Shown here: positions 34,452-44,213 of the stretch, piece after piece
Position numbering within the stretch: position 1 is the stretch's first letter
Layout of the letters: each line of letters begins with the position of its first letter
Assembly (NCBI GenBank): GCA_035646775.1
Contig: DASROS010000159.1
Span: 1 to 57,682 of the forward strand
Reading direction: 5' to 3'
DNA from: Thermoleophilaceae bacterium
GTDB lineage: Bacteria; Actinomycetota; Thermoleophilia; Solirubrobacterales; Thermoleophilaceae
DNA: 57,682 nt
Program-made: the position numbers and the translations under genes
The notes under the pieces: generated by a model
Database searches by the model: none
Seen by the model: the letters and a program-made list of their open reading frames with translations, nothing else
Told to the model about the DNA's origin: nothing

Positions 34452-35278
34452 GCGAAGCGAAGGTACCGCCGCTGGTGGGCGAGAGCGACGACGCGATCGA
34501 GAAGCTGCGGCTGGGCGGCATGGCGCTGCGCAACGGGTTGCTGGTGCACGGCCCGACCCACTGGGCCGCCGCCGTGCGCGACCGCGACGGCGAGATCCGC
34601 GTGGCCTCGGGGCGCAAGCCCTCGCTGGGCGGGCGGGCCACGGAGGGGATACCCGGGCTGCGCGGCGTGACCAAGCTGGCCGAGGCGATGGCCGTGATCC
34701 CGCTGGTCAAGCGCGCGCTCCCGGCCGCCAAGCTGCCGATGGAGGACCTGCGCGTGGTGGGCGCGATGGCGGGCGCCGCGCTGCTCGGCCAGGCCATCCG
34801 CTCGACCGGCGCGCGCACGGTGGCACGCGAGGCCGCTGTGGGCGCGGTGAGCCTCGCCCCGGCGCTGTTCGCGCTGCGCGGCGGCGACCTCGCCGCCTAC
34901 CACGGCGTGGAGCACAAGTCGATCGCCGCCTACGAGCAGGACGGCGAGGCGGCCGAGGCCGACAAGGAGCACGACCGCTGCGGCTCGAACCTGGTGGCCC
35001 CGATGTTGGGCGCCACGGCGGTGGGCACCGTGGTCGCGCGCAAGGCCGGGCTGCGCGGCCCGCTTGCCGAGGCCGGCGTGGCTGTGGGCAGCGCCGCGCT
35101 GGCGGTCGAGGTGTTCGCCTACGCCGAGCGCCACGACGGCTCGCGCGTGTCGAGCCTGCTGCGCCGTCCCGGCTATGAGATCCAGCGCGTGGTGGGCACC
35201 CGCGAGCCCACCGACGAGCAGCTGGCGGTGGGCCGCGCCGCGCTGGCGGAGATCCTTCGGGTGGAGGGCGCCACATAG
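34448..35278 (+). CDS. DUF1385 domain-containing membrane protein
   Basis: ATG 34448 overlaps the M20 stop (ATGA). DUF1385-like LRLGGMALRNGLLVHG and YHGVEHKSIAAYE...HDRCGSNLV. Confidence 0.8.
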   Translation: MSEAKVPPLVGESDDAIEKLRLGGMALRNGLLVHGPTHWAAAVRDRDGEIRVASGRKPSLGGRATEGIPGLRGVTKLAEAMAVIPLVKRALPAAKLPMEDLRVVGAMAGAALLGQAIRSTGARTVAREAAVGAVSLAPALFALRGGDLAAYHGVEHKSIAAYEQDGEAAEADKEHDRCGSNLVAPMLGATAVGTVVARKAGLRGPLAEAGVAVGSAALAVEVFAYAERHDGSRVSSLLRRPGYEIQRVVGTREPTDEQLAVGRAALAEILRVEGAT

Positions 35279-35286
35279 CCTCGGCG

Positions 35287-36366
35287 GTGCGCACGAGGCT
35301 GGACCCGGCCGTCTTCCGCCTGCCGGTTGAGCGGATAAGGGAGGGCTACTACACCGACGCCTACTTCAACCTCGCGAAGGAGCTGCTGGAGGAGGAGGGC
35401 CGGCGCCCGCGGGTCACGATGCAGGTGTTCCAGAAGGGCGAGTCGGTGCTGGGCGGAATCGATGAGGCGATCGCGGTGCTGAAGGAGTGCGCCGGCCGCG
35501 AGGCCCCCGACGGCTGGGAGCTCGGCTGGGACCGGCTGGACGTGCGCGCGCTGCACGAGGGCGACGAGATCGCGCCGCATGAGACCGTGATGACGATCGA
35601 GGGCGACTACTCGCTGTTCGCCCACCTCGAGACCGTCTACCTCGGCTGCCTGGCCCGGCGCACGCTGGTGATGCGCAACGTGCGCGAGGTGGTGGAGGCC
35701 GCCCGCGGCAAGCCGATCCTGTTCTTCCCGGCGCGCCACGACCACTGGCTGGTGCAGACCGGCGACGGCTGGGCCGCCCACGTGGCCGGCGCGATCGGCG
35801 TGTCCACGGACGCCCAGGCCTCGTGGTGGGGAGGAACGGGTATCGGCACCGTGCCGCACGCGCTGATCGCGGCCTTCGGGGGCGACACGGTGGCGGCGTC
35901 GAAGTCCTTCGCCAGGCGCTACTCCGGGGAGACCAACGTGACCGTGCTGGTGGACTTCGACAACGATTCCGTGCGCACCGCGATCGAGGTGGCCGACGCC
36001 CTCGGCGACGACCTCTGGGGCGTGCGCCTGGACACCTCCGAGCGGATCGTGGACCGCGCCCTGTGGGATGACATGGGCGACTTCCGGCCGACCGGCGTGA
36101 ACCGCGTGCTGGTGGAGAAGGTGCGCGCGGCGCTCGACGACGCCGGCCACGAGCGGGTGAAGATCGTGTGCTCCGGCGGCTTCGACGCGGAGAAGATCCG
36201 CGAGTTCGAGGCGGCGGGCGCGCCGGTGGACTCCTACGGCGTGGGCTCGTCCCTGCTGCGCGGCCAGAACGACTTCACCGCCGACGTGGTGCGGCTGGAC
36301 GGACGCGACTGCGCCAAGGCCGGCCGGGCGTACCGCCCGAACGCCAGGCTGGAGCGGGTGGACTGA
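35287..36366 (+). CDS. nicotinate phosphoribosyltransferase family protein
   Basis: GTG start. EGYYTDAYFNLAKELL, a type II PRTase barrel pattern (RLDTSE, KIVCSGGFD), and YGVGSSLL. Confidence 0.8.
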   Translation: MRTRLDPAVFRLPVERIREGYYTDAYFNLAKELLEEEGRRPRVTMQVFQKGESVLGGIDEAIAVLKECAGREAPDGWELGWDRLDVRALHEGDEIAPHETVMTIEGDYSLFAHLETVYLGCLARRTLVMRNVREVVEAARGKPILFFPARHDHWLVQTGDGWAAHVAGAIGVSTDAQASWWGGTGIGTVPHALIAAFGGDTVAASKSFARRYSGETNVTVLVDFDNDSVRTAIEVADALGDDLWGVRLDTSERIVDRALWDDMGDFRPTGVNRVLVEKVRAALDDAGHERVKIVCSGGFDAEKIREFEAAGAPVDSYGVGSSLLRGQNDFTADVVRLDGRDCAKAGRAYRPNARLERVD

Positions 36367-36412
36367 TGTACGAGCCACACGCCGGGCCGATCGCCCCTAC
36401 CCTGGGGCGCGC

Positions 36413-37966
36413 ATGTCCGTCCTAGCCATCTCCTGGTACCAGATCCAGGACTGGGCAGTCATCTGGCTGCCGATCGTCTTCATGGGCCTGATCGCGGTCG
36501 TGCTGGTCTACATGCTGCGGTTCATGCCGCGCACCGCGCCCCAGGAGATCAAGCCCTCGAGCTCGGATTCAATCGGCTGGGGGGACGTGGCGGGTGTGGA
36601 GGAGGCCAAGGACGAGCTGCGCGAGGTGGTCGAGTTCCTGCGCGACCCCGGGCGCTTCCACGCGCTGGGGGCGAAGGTGCCCAAGGGCATCCTGCTTCAC
36701 GGCCCGCCCGGCACCGGCAAGACGCTGCTGGCCAAGGCCGTGGCCCACGAGTCCAACGCGAAGTTCTACGCACAGTCGGCCTCGTCGTTCGTGGAGATGT
36801 TCGCCGGCCTCGGCGCTGCCCGCATCCGGCGGCTGTTCCGCGAGGCACGCAACGCCGCCCCGGCGATCGTGTTCATCGACGAGCTTGACGCGGTGGGCGC
36901 CACGCGCGGCGCCGACGTGTCGGGCGAGAAGGACCAGACGCTCAACCAGCTGCTGGTGGAGCTGGACGGCTTCGGTGGAGGCGACCAGCTCGTGGTGATC
37001 GCGGCCTCCAACCTGCTCGACAAGCTCGACCCGGCGCTGCTGCGGCCGGGCCGGTTCGACCGCCAGATCTTCGTCTCTCCGCCCGACCTGAAGGGCCGCA
37101 AGCACATCCTCGCCGTGCATACGCGCGGCAAGCCGCTGGCCGCGGACATCGACCTCGAGGTGGTGGCGCGGCAGACCAGCGGGCTCACGGGCGCCGACCT
37201 CGCCAACATCTGCAACGAGGCCGCGATCTTCGCCGGCCGGGCCCACCGCAGGGTGGTCCAGACCACCGACTTCCAGGCGGCGCTGGAGCGCGTGGTGGCG
37301 GGCATGCAGTCGCGCCGCGTGATCACCGACCACGAGAAGCGCGTGGTGGCCTACCACGAGGCCGGGCACGCGCTGTGCTCCCAGCTGCTGCCCTCTGTGG
37401 AGAAGGTGCACCGGATCTCGATCGTGCCCCGCGGCCAGGCGCTGGGCTACACGCTCAATCTGCCCGAGGAGGACCGTTACCTGAAGACCCAGGAGGAGCT
37501 GATGGACTACCTCGTGGTCCTGCTGGGCGGGCGCGTGACCGAGAGCCTGGTCTTCGGCCAGATCACCACCGGCGCCTCCGACGACCTGCGCAAGGTCCAC
37601 GAGATCAGCCGCTCGATGGTCACCGACTACGGAATGGGCACCAATCTTCAGTCCAAGCAGCTGCCCGCGAGCGACTACTCGATGGCCGATGCCACACGGC
37701 GCATGATCGACGAGGAGCAGCAGCACATCGCCGACGAGGCCCACCGCCGCGCCACGCGGATAGTGGCGGCACACCGCCCCCTGCTGGAAGCGTTCGCGGC
37801 CAGGCTGCTGGAGAGCGAGATGCTGGAGCGCGGCGACATCGAGCGCATCACCGCGGAGTACGAGGGCGAGGCCGTCCCGCGGCGGCGCTTGGAGCCGCTT
37901 CCGGGCACCGGTACAGGGCGCGCGCGGGTGGCCGCGAGCGAACGGCTCGAGCCGGGCGCCAAGTAA
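36413..37966 (+). CDS. ftsH: FtsH-family AAA+ zinc metalloprotease, short form with a single N-terminal TM
   Basis: Walker A LLHGPPGTGKTLLAKA, Walker B IVFIDELDAVG, SRH AASNLLDKLDPALLRPGRFDR, HExxH in YHEAGHAL. Only about 45 aa with one TM precede the AAA module. Confidence 0.88.
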   Translation: MSVLAISWYQIQDWAVIWLPIVFMGLIAVVLVYMLRFMPRTAPQEIKPSSSDSIGWGDVAGVEEAKDELREVVEFLRDPGRFHALGAKVPKGILLHGPPGTGKTLLAKAVAHESNAKFYAQSASSFVEMFAGLGAARIRRLFREARNAAPAIVFIDELDAVGATRGADVSGEKDQTLNQLLVELDGFGGGDQLVVIAASNLLDKLDPALLRPGRFDRQIFVSPPDLKGRKHILAVHTRGKPLAADIDLEVVARQTSGLTGADLANICNEAAIFAGRAHRRVVQTTDFQAALERVVAGMQSRRVITDHEKRVVAYHEAGHALCSQLLPSVEKVHRISIVPRGQALGYTLNLPEEDRYLKTQEELMDYLVVLLGGRVTESLVFGQITTGASDDLRKVHEISRSMVTDYGMGTNLQSKQLPASDYSMADATRRMIDEEQQHIADEAHRRATRIVAAHRPLLEAFAARLLESEMLERGDIERITAEYEGEAVPRRRLEPLPGTGTGRARVAASERLEPGAK

Positions 37967-37976
37967 TCTCCGCCGG

Positions 37977-38384
37977 GTGTTCGGAGAGATCGATCACATC
38001 GGCGTGGCCGTCGAGGACCTCGACGAGGCGATCGCCCTCTATCGCGACCGCCTCGGCATGCGTGAGCAGCACCGCGAGACCGTGGAGGAGTTCGGCGTGG
38101 AGGCCGCGCTGCTGGAGATAGGGGACGCCCACGTGGAGCTGCTCACCCCGATCGAGTCCGACAGCGCCTTGGCTCGCTTCCTCGCGAAGAACGGCCCCGG
38201 GATGCACCACGTGGCCTACCGCACCGCCGACATCGACGCCGCGCTGGAGCGGATGAGCCAAGCCGGGGTCCGGATGATCGACGAGCAGGCGCGAAGCGGG
38301 ATCCAGGAGAGCCGCGTGGCATTTGTGCACCCCAAGTCCACCGGCGGCGTGCTCACCGAGATCGTGGAGCCCGCACATGACTGA
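37977..38384 (+). CDS. mce: methylmalonyl-CoA epimerase (VOC family)
   Basis: IDHIGVAVEDLDEAIALYRDRLG, HVELLTP, GPGMHHVAY, VAFVHPKSTGGVLTEIVE. Confidence 0.85.
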   Translation: MFGEIDHIGVAVEDLDEAIALYRDRLGMREQHRETVEEFGVEAALLEIGDAHVELLTPIESDSALARFLAKNGPGMHHVAYRTADIDAALERMSQAGVRMIDEQARSGIQESRVAFVHPKSTGGVLTEIVEPAHD

Positions 38385-38595
38385 CCTGCGCCGTCTGGAT
38401 GTGGGCTTCCAGGGCGGCCAGGTGCTGGCCGTGCGCATCGAGGTCGATGCCTACGACGCACTGGTGAAGGCCCTCGCCAACGACCGCGCCGAGCGCTGGC
38501 ACCAGCTGGACACCGACGACTCGCAGGTGCAGGTCGATCTCTCACAGGTCGTCTACGTGCAGCGCGAGAGCGGTAACCAGAAGGTCGGCTTCTAG
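38377..38595 (+). CDS. 72-aa conserved-looking hypothetical protein (DUF3107-like by pattern)
   Basis: ATG 38377 overlaps the mce 3' end by 8 nt. Translation MTDLRRLDVGFQGGQVLAVRIEVDAYDALVKALANDRAERWHQLDTDDSQVQVDLSQVVYVQRE... The family call is tentative. Confidence 0.5.
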   Translation: MTDLRRLDVGFQGGQVLAVRIEVDAYDALVKALANDRAERWHQLDTDDSQVQVDLSQVVYVQRESGNQKVGF

Positions 38596-38619
38596 CCGCC
38601 GCTCCCCGAGCGCCGCCCG

Positions 38620-39108
38620 ATGCTCCGCGCGCTGGACCTGGCCCTCTTGCGGCTGCTGCGAACGCGGCTCCACGGCCCGCAGATCGAACGGGCGGTGCTC
38701 CTGTTCACACGTACGGGCGAGCACGGAGCGCTGTGGCTGGCCATCTGCCTCCTGGGCTCGATCCTCGACCCACGCCGGCGCGCGCTGTACCGGCAGGCCG
38801 GCCTGACCGTCGTCGCCTCTTACCTTCTGAACATCGTGCTCAAGAACGTCTTCCGCCGCCGCCGGCCGCTGATCGAGGAGCTGCCCTCGCTGTCCACGAC
38901 GGTCACCGCCCTGTCCTACCCCTCCGCCCACGCCACCACGTCGTTCGCCGCCGCGCGGGTGCTGTCCGGCGAGCTGCCGGTGCGGCCCCTCTACGCCTGC
39001 GCGGTGGCAATGGGCCTCTCGCGACCCTACGTCGGGGTGCACTACCCCTCCGACATCGCGGCCGGCGCGCTGCTTGGCACCGCCGTGGCCGACCTCCTCG
39101 CGCCATGA
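38620..39108 (+). CDS. PAP2 family phosphatase
   Basis: PAP2 motifs KNVFRRRRP, SYPSAHA, SRPYVGVHYPSD. Confidence 0.85.
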   Translation: MLRALDLALLRLLRTRLHGPQIERAVLLFTRTGEHGALWLAICLLGSILDPRRRALYRQAGLTVVASYLLNIVLKNVFRRRRPLIEELPSLSTTVTALSYPSAHATTSFAAARVLSGELPVRPLYACAVAMGLSRPYVGVHYPSDIAAGALLGTAVADLLAP

Positions 39109-40187
39109 AGGTAGGCATTCTGGGCCTGCCCAACGCGGGCAAGTCCTCCCTCTTCAACGCCCTCACGCGCGCGGGCGCGCAGGCGGCCAGCTACCCGTTC
39201 ACCACGGTGGAGCCCAACGTGGCCGTGGTGCCGGTGCCCGACGATCGCCTGGATGCCGTGGTCGAGACGGTGGGAGCCACCCCCACGGTCTACGAGACGA
39301 TCGAGTTCCACGACATCGCCGGTCTGGTGCGCGGGGCGCACAAGGGCGAAGGCCTGGGCAATCGCTTCCTGGGCAACATCCGCGAGACCGACGCCCTCGT
39401 GCACGTGGTCCGGACCCACGACGACTCCCAGGTGGTCCATCCCGAGGGCCGTGTGGATCCCCTGGCCGACATCGAGACGGTGGAGACGGAGCTGCTCTAC
39501 GCCGACCTCGAGCAGGCTGAGCGACGGCTGGAGAAGGTGGCGCGGGAGGCCAAGTCCGGAGCGAAGGACAAGGTGGCCGAGGAGGCCTGGCTACGCGAGC
39601 TGATCGCCGCGCTGGGGGAGGGCCGCCCCGCGCGCACGGTACCCCCGCCGGACGCCGCGCCCGATGCCCTGCGGAAGCTGCAGCCGCTCAGCTCCAAGCC
39701 CGTGCTCTACCTCGCCAACGTGGGCGAGGGAGATGCGCACGAGCCGCCCGAGGAGCTGGCCGCCTACGCGCGCGACCAGGGCGCCCGCGCCGCGGCGGTG
39801 TCGGCCCGCCTGGAGGCCGAGCTGGCCGAGCTGGACGCCGACGAGGCCGCCTCGATGCGCGAGGAGATGGACGCCGGCGAGTCGGGGCTGGCCACCGTGG
39901 TGCGAGAGGCCTGGGAGTTGCTCGGACTGATCTCCTTCTTCACCGCCGACGGGGGCAAGGAGGGGCGCGCCTGGGCCATCTCGCGCGGCACGTCCGCCCG
40001 GCGGGCCGCCGGGCGGGTGCACACGGACATGGAGCGGGGGTTCGTGGCCGCTGAGGTGGTGTCCTGGCGCGACCTGGTGGACGCCGGCGGCTACGCGGCG
40101 GCCCGGGAGCGCGCGAAGCTGCGCGTCGAGGGACGCGACTACGAGGTGCGCGACGGCGACGTGATCACCGTGCGCTTCACTCCCTAG
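39105..40187 (+). CDS. ychF: redox-regulated ATPase YchF
   Basis: ATG 39105 overlaps the PAP2 stop (ATGA). [28 protein letters not shown], and a C-terminal TGS-like domain ([12 protein letters not shown]...[14 protein letters not shown]). Confidence 0.92.
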   Translation: MKVGILGLPNAGKSSLFNALTRAGAQAASYPFTTVEPNVAVVPVPDDRLDAVVETVGATPTVYETIEFHDIAGLVRGAHKGEGLGNRFLGNIRETDALVHVVRTHDDSQVVHPEGRVDPLADIETVETELLYADLEQAERRLEKVAREAKSGAKDKVAEEAWLRELIAALGEGRPARTVPPPDAAPDALRKLQPLSSKPVLYLANVGEGDAHEPPEELAAYARDQGARAAAVSARLEAELAELDADEAASMREEMDAGESGLATVVREAWELLGLISFFTADGGKEGRAWAISRGTSARRAAGRVHTDMERGFVAAEVVSWRDLVDAGGYAAARERAKLRVEGRDYEVRDGDVITVRFTP

Positions 40188-40822
40188 GCCAGTAGCTCGA
40201 CGCGGTCGCCTGTCCGCACGGTGCCGGCGTGCATGACGCGTGCGTTCAGCGCGAGCTTGCCGTCGAACCGGGTGCGGATGCCGCGCAGGACTTCGACGTC
40301 CTGGTCGACGGTGTCGGGATCGAAGGTGGTCACGATGCAGCGGTCTCGCAGGCTGTCCAGACCGATAACGGCGTCCCCGATGCGCAGCTGTCGGCCTTCC
40401 CACTGGCGTTCGCTGAGCCCGGGGACGCCCTGGATGACGATGTTGGGCCGCAGCCGTCGCCCGTCGTGGCCGAAGGCGGCGATCGCTCCATCGGTGGCCA
40501 CGAGAAGCGGGAGGATGTCGAAGCGATCTAGCCCATCGTGGCGGACCAGTCGAGCCCCGCCCCCGACAGCGTGGCGCACGAGCTCGGCAGCCTTGGTGTC
40601 GTCCCAGGGGCGGCCCTCCACGAGCGGCTGGCCAGCGGATGCCAGCCGCGCTGTGAGGTTCAGCAGCAGCGGCCGCGCGCGCGCCGTCACAAGCCTGCCC
40701 TGTTCGTCCTCGACGTGCACGACGCGGTCGCCGGCGATGCCGTCGGCCCGCAGTTCGGCGGCCTCCAGGCGCTCGCCGCGCATCGACTTGACCGGATAAC
40801 GCCACAGCTCCCCCACCCGCAT
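40184..40822 (-). CDS. MOSC domain-containing protein
   Basis: MRVGELWRYPVKSMRGE is a MOSC N-terminal beta-barrel start. The alternative ATG at 40843 adds 7 aa. Confidence 0.85.
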   Translation of the reverse strand: MRVGELWRYPVKSMRGERLEAAELRADGIAGDRVVHVEDEQGRLVTARARPLLLNLTARLASAGQPLVEGRPWDDTKAAELVRHAVGGGARLVRHDGLDRFDILPLLVATDGAIAAFGHDGRRLRPNIVIQGVPGLSERQWEGRQLRIGDAVIGLDSLRDRCIVTTFDPDTVDQDVEVLRGIRTRFDGKLALNARVMHAGTVRTGDRVELLA

Positions 40823-40962
40823 GTCCGCGTCGGAGTCGACCATGGCGTCGACTCTAGGCGGGTGCGCTTCACTCGCTACCGGTGAGCGGTACTCCTGACC
40901 TTCGCGAAGGGCGGCCCGACGGCCCGATCAGCTACTTCTATGAACGAGAGCTTTGAACCCGG

Positions 40963-41736
40963 CTAGCGGCCGCGCTTGAACCGCACCAGCTCTTCGCGGT
41001 CGGCGCCGCCTGAGACCCCCACCGCCAGCACCGGCCCGATGCCCCGAGCATAGAACTTGAACTCGAGGACCTTCGGCTCGAGGGGGTTCGTGTCCTTGGT
41101 CATGAGGACCCTTCCCCTGCCGAAGTGCCCGAAGGGGACCTCCGCCTGCTCGCGCAGACTCACGATTTCTCCCTTGTCCTCCGCCTGGCCCTTGTAGTAC
41201 TCCTGCCGGTACCGCATTCCGGGCCTCGGCTTGGCGGGCAGGATCACGCCGGCCTGGGCTCCGTCCACGCCGGCCTCGAACGAGCCCTCGGTGCTGCGGA
41301 ACTTCCCGTTCTCGTACTCCTTGGTGGCCTCGCCGAGGTACCAGATGTTCCCCGCCTTGTCCTGGGCGTACCAGTCGTCGGTGACCTCCACCGGCTTGCC
41401 CTTCTCGGTCACCACGTCGTGCACCACGCGAGCCATGACGCCGTTCGCGATCATCTTCTTCCGCCCGGTCACGGTGACCACCACGCGCTGCTTGGTCCCG
41501 TCCGGAGCGGTCTCCCGGTAGATCCAGCGGGTGCCCACGCGCATCGGCCACCAGGGGTGGTCGATCCGGGTGGTGAAGCCGGCGGGGTCGAGCGTCACGG
41601 GCTCGCTGCCCTGGGGCAGCCCTCCCTTCCCGGAGGTCCCGGCGCCGGCCGCCTGCGGGCCGTAGGAGCCCGCGCAAACGGCGGCGGCGCTGAGAGCCAG
41701 CGCCGCCGCCGTGCCGAGTACGCGCTTTGCGGTCAT
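40963..41736 (-). CDS. secreted hypothetical protein
   Basis: Signal peptide MTAKRVLGTAAALALSAAAVCAGS. No family recognised. Last gene of the spoIID-TCS-PepSY chain. Confidence 0.6.
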   Translation of the reverse strand: MTAKRVLGTAAALALSAAAVCAGSYGPQAAGAGTSGKGGLPQGSEPVTLDPAGFTTRIDHPWWPMRVGTRWIYRETAPDGTKQRVVVTVTGRKKMIANGVMARVVHDVVTEKGKPVEVTDDWYAQDKAGNIWYLGEATKEYENGKFRSTEGSFEAGVDGAQAGVILPAKPRPGMRYRQEYYKGQAEDKGEIVSLREQAEVPFGHFGRGRVLMTKDTNPLEPKVLEFKFYARGIGPVLAVGVSGGADREELVRFKRGR

Positions 41737-41746
41737 CGTGAAGGGC

Positions 41747-42100
41747 TCAGTCGTCGCCGCGCTCGTCCTGCTCGCCCGAGTCGTCGTCGGCCGAGTCGCT
41801 GATCACCTTGAAGTCACTGTTGAGGTGGACTTCGCTCTGGCTTCCGTCGGCCTGTCTGACCTCGACCTCGTAGGCGCCTTCCTCGTCGCCGACCTCGGTC
41901 TCGGTCGCCTTGCCGCCGCCGGTGTGCTTCAGCGCGGCCGAGATCGCCTGGCTGCGAGCGTCGCCCGCGATGGCCTTCTCCCCGCCGGCGTCCTCGCCCT
42001 CGCCGCCGCCGCCCGCAGCGCCGGCGATCGCCGCGCCGCCGACGGCCAGCGAGGCCACGACTCCGGTGGTGATCAGTACGCCCTTGAGCTTGTCGTTCAT
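41747..42100 (-). CDS. PepSY-domain-like secreted/anchored protein
   Basis: N-terminal TM/signal, Gly-rich linker, and a PepSY-like core AISAALKHTGGGKATETEVGDEEGAYEVEVRQADGSQSEVHLNSDFKV. ATGA overlap with the kinase gene. Confidence 0.6.
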   Translation of the reverse strand: MNDKLKGVLITTGVVASLAVGGAAIAGAAGGGGEGEDAGGEKAIAGDARSQAISAALKHTGGGKATETEVGDEEGAYEVEVRQADGSQSEVHLNSDFKVISDSADDDSGEQDERGDD

Positions 42101-43491
42101 TGGTGTCCTCCTGTGGTGGATGAAGCGATATCAGCACCGTAGACCTCGTCGCTGAGAACAGCCTGAGAGGGATCCAGCCCGCCTGGAGGGTCGGGGAACC
42201 ACACCAGGACCGTCGATGGGCCTCCAGGCGCGATCTCGGCGTGGCCCCCGTGGGCCTCGGCCACTGCGCGGACGATCGCAAGCCCCAGTCCCACGCCGGT
42301 GCCGCTGCGCGCTTGGTCACCGCGCGCGAAGCGCTCGAAGGCGCGCGCGGCCAGCTCGTCGGGGAAGCCCGGTCCGCAGTCGCTGACCTGCACCGCCACC
42401 CCACCATCGCCTCGGCGCGCGCCGAGCACAACCTCGCCCTCGCCGTGGCGCAGCGCGTTATCGGTGAGGTTGCCGAGCACTTGGCGCAGGCGCAGCGGGT
42501 CTGCGTGAAGAACCAGATCGTCGACAGCATCCACGCGGACGGGCCGGCCACGCGCCTCGGCGCGGTCTGCGAAGCGCTGACGCGCGCCCTCCAGCTCGTG
42601 ACGCGCGGCAAGCGGCTCAGCACGCACCGGCAGCTCACCCCCCGCCGCCCGGGCGATCACCAGGAGATCCTCGGCCAGCTGCACGAGGCGGTCGCATTCC
42701 TCCACCGCCGCCACGAGCGACTCGCGGGCGCGCGGCCCCACCTCGTTCGAGCGCAGCGCGGTCTCCAGCTCGGTCTTGACCACGGCGATCGGCGTGCGCA
42801 GCTCGTGACTGGCGTCCGCTACGAACCGCCGCTCGCGCTCGAAAGAGCGGCGCAGCCGGTCGAGCATCTCGTTGAGCGTCGTCCCGAGCCGATGCACCTC
42901 GTCGTGCGCGTCGGGCAGGGGCAGCCGGTCGCCCGGGCGCTCCAGCGAGACCTCCTCTGCCCGGCGGCGCATGGCCTCCACCGGCGCGAGGCCGATGGTG
43001 GCCAGCCCGTAGCCCGCGAGCGAGGCCAGCAGCACGGCCAGCGGACCGCCGATGGCAAACGAGGCAAGCAGGCCGCTGAGAGTCTCGTCGCGGTCCCCCA
43101 GGGACTGGCCAACCGCGCGGACGCGCCCGCCGCCCGCCGGCTCCGCGAGCACCCGCGCCGTGCCGTCGATTCCCGGTACCGCGCGTTCGACCGTGAGCCG
43201 GCCACGCTGCGCCCGCTCGAGCTCCGCTGGCGCGAGCGCCGGCTTGCCGCTTCCGCCCGTGAAGCTGATCACGCGCCCGTCGGCCCCTACCAGCTGAGCA
43301 AAGAAGTCCTCGGGGTCGCCCGCCGTCGTGCGCGCGGGCGCTGCGATGCGCCCCTGCAGGCCGTCGTCGATGGTCTCGTCGAGGTTGGCCTTCAGCCGCA
43401 GGTAGACGAACAACGCCGCTGCCGCCAGGACCACAACCATCGCCAGCGCGAAGGCGGCCGTCAGCCTGGCGCGAATCGGCAGGCGGCTCAC
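42097..43491 (-). CDS. sensor histidine kinase (TM-sensor-TM, HAMP, HisKA, HATPase_c)
   Basis: H-box ADASHELRTPIAVV, N-box LTDNALRH, G-boxes DCGPGF and GVGLGLAIV. GTGA overlap with the regulator gene. Confidence 0.9.
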   Translation of the reverse strand: MSRLPIRARLTAAFALAMVVVLAAAALFVYLRLKANLDETIDDGLQGRIAAPARTTAGDPEDFFAQLVGADGRVISFTGGSGKPALAPAELERAQRGRLTVERAVPGIDGTARVLAEPAGGGRVRAVGQSLGDRDETLSGLLASFAIGGPLAVLLASLAGYGLATIGLAPVEAMRRRAEEVSLERPGDRLPLPDAHDEVHRLGTTLNEMLDRLRRSFERERRFVADASHELRTPIAVVKTELETALRSNEVGPRARESLVAAVEECDRLVQLAEDLLVIARAAGGELPVRAEPLAARHELEGARQRFADRAEARGRPVRVDAVDDLVLHADPLRLRQVLGNLTDNALRHGEGEVVLGARRGDGGVAVQVSDCGPGFPDELAARAFERFARGDQARSGTGVGLGLAIVRAVAEAHGGHAEIAPGGPSTVLVWFPDPPGGLDPSQAVLSDEVYGADIASSTTGGHQ

Positions 43492-44171
43492 GCCCCACCG
43501 TCCCGACGCAGCCGGTAGCCGATGCCGCGCACCGTCTCCAGCGATTGGACTCCGAACGGACGGTCGATCTTTTCGCGCAGGTAGCGAACGTAGACCTCGA
43601 CGACGTTGGAGCGGTGCTCCAGGCCCAGGTCCCAGGCCGCCTCCAACAGCTGGTCGCGGGTGAGGACGTGACCGGGCCTGCGCATGAAGGCCTCCAGCAG
43701 GACGAGTTCGCGGGCTGACAGCCCGATCAAAGTGTCTCCGCGCCGGACCTCACGGGAGGCGGGGTCGAGCTGTAGGTCGCCCACCTCGATTACCGCCGGA
43801 CGCTCCACCGGCCCGCGCCGGGCCAGCGCGCGCAGGCGGGCCAGCAGCTCGGCCAGCGAGAACGGCTTGACCAGGTAGTCATCGGCGCCCGCGTCGAGCC
43901 CGCGAACCCGGTCCTCCACGGCGTCGCGGGCGGTGAGCATGATGATCGGCACCCAAAAACCCTCAGAGCGCAGGCTGCGGCAGACCTCCAGTCCGTCGGT
44001 ACCCGGCAGCATCACGTCCAGCACCATCGCGTCGTACTCGGTGGAGGAGCGCGCCATGCGCAGCGCGTCGTCGCCGTCCGGCGCCACGTCCACGACCATC
44101 CCCTCACCCCGCAGGCCGCGCAGCACGGCGGCGGCCAGCCGTAGATCGTCCTCGGCGAGCAGCACGCGCAC
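43488..44171 (-). CDS. OmpR/PhoB-family response regulator
   Basis: Receiver domain VLLAEDD...DAMVLDVMLPGTDG...PIIMLTA, and a winged-helix output domain (LSARELVLLEAFMRRPGHVLTRDQLL...VRGIGYRL). Confidence 0.92.
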   Translation of the reverse strand: MRVLLAEDDLRLAAAVLRGLRGEGMVVDVAPDGDDALRMARSSTEYDAMVLDVMLPGTDGLEVCRSLRSEGFWVPIIMLTARDAVEDRVRGLDAGADDYLVKPFSLAELLARLRALARRGPVERPAVIEVGDLQLDPASREVRRGDTLIGLSARELVLLEAFMRRPGHVLTRDQLLEAAWDLGLEHRSNVVEVYVRYLREKIDRPFGVQSLETVRGIGYRLRRDGGA

Positions 44172-44213
44172 GCCTCCATCTTCCTCGACTTTATGAGAGG
44201 ACGCTGAGAGCGG

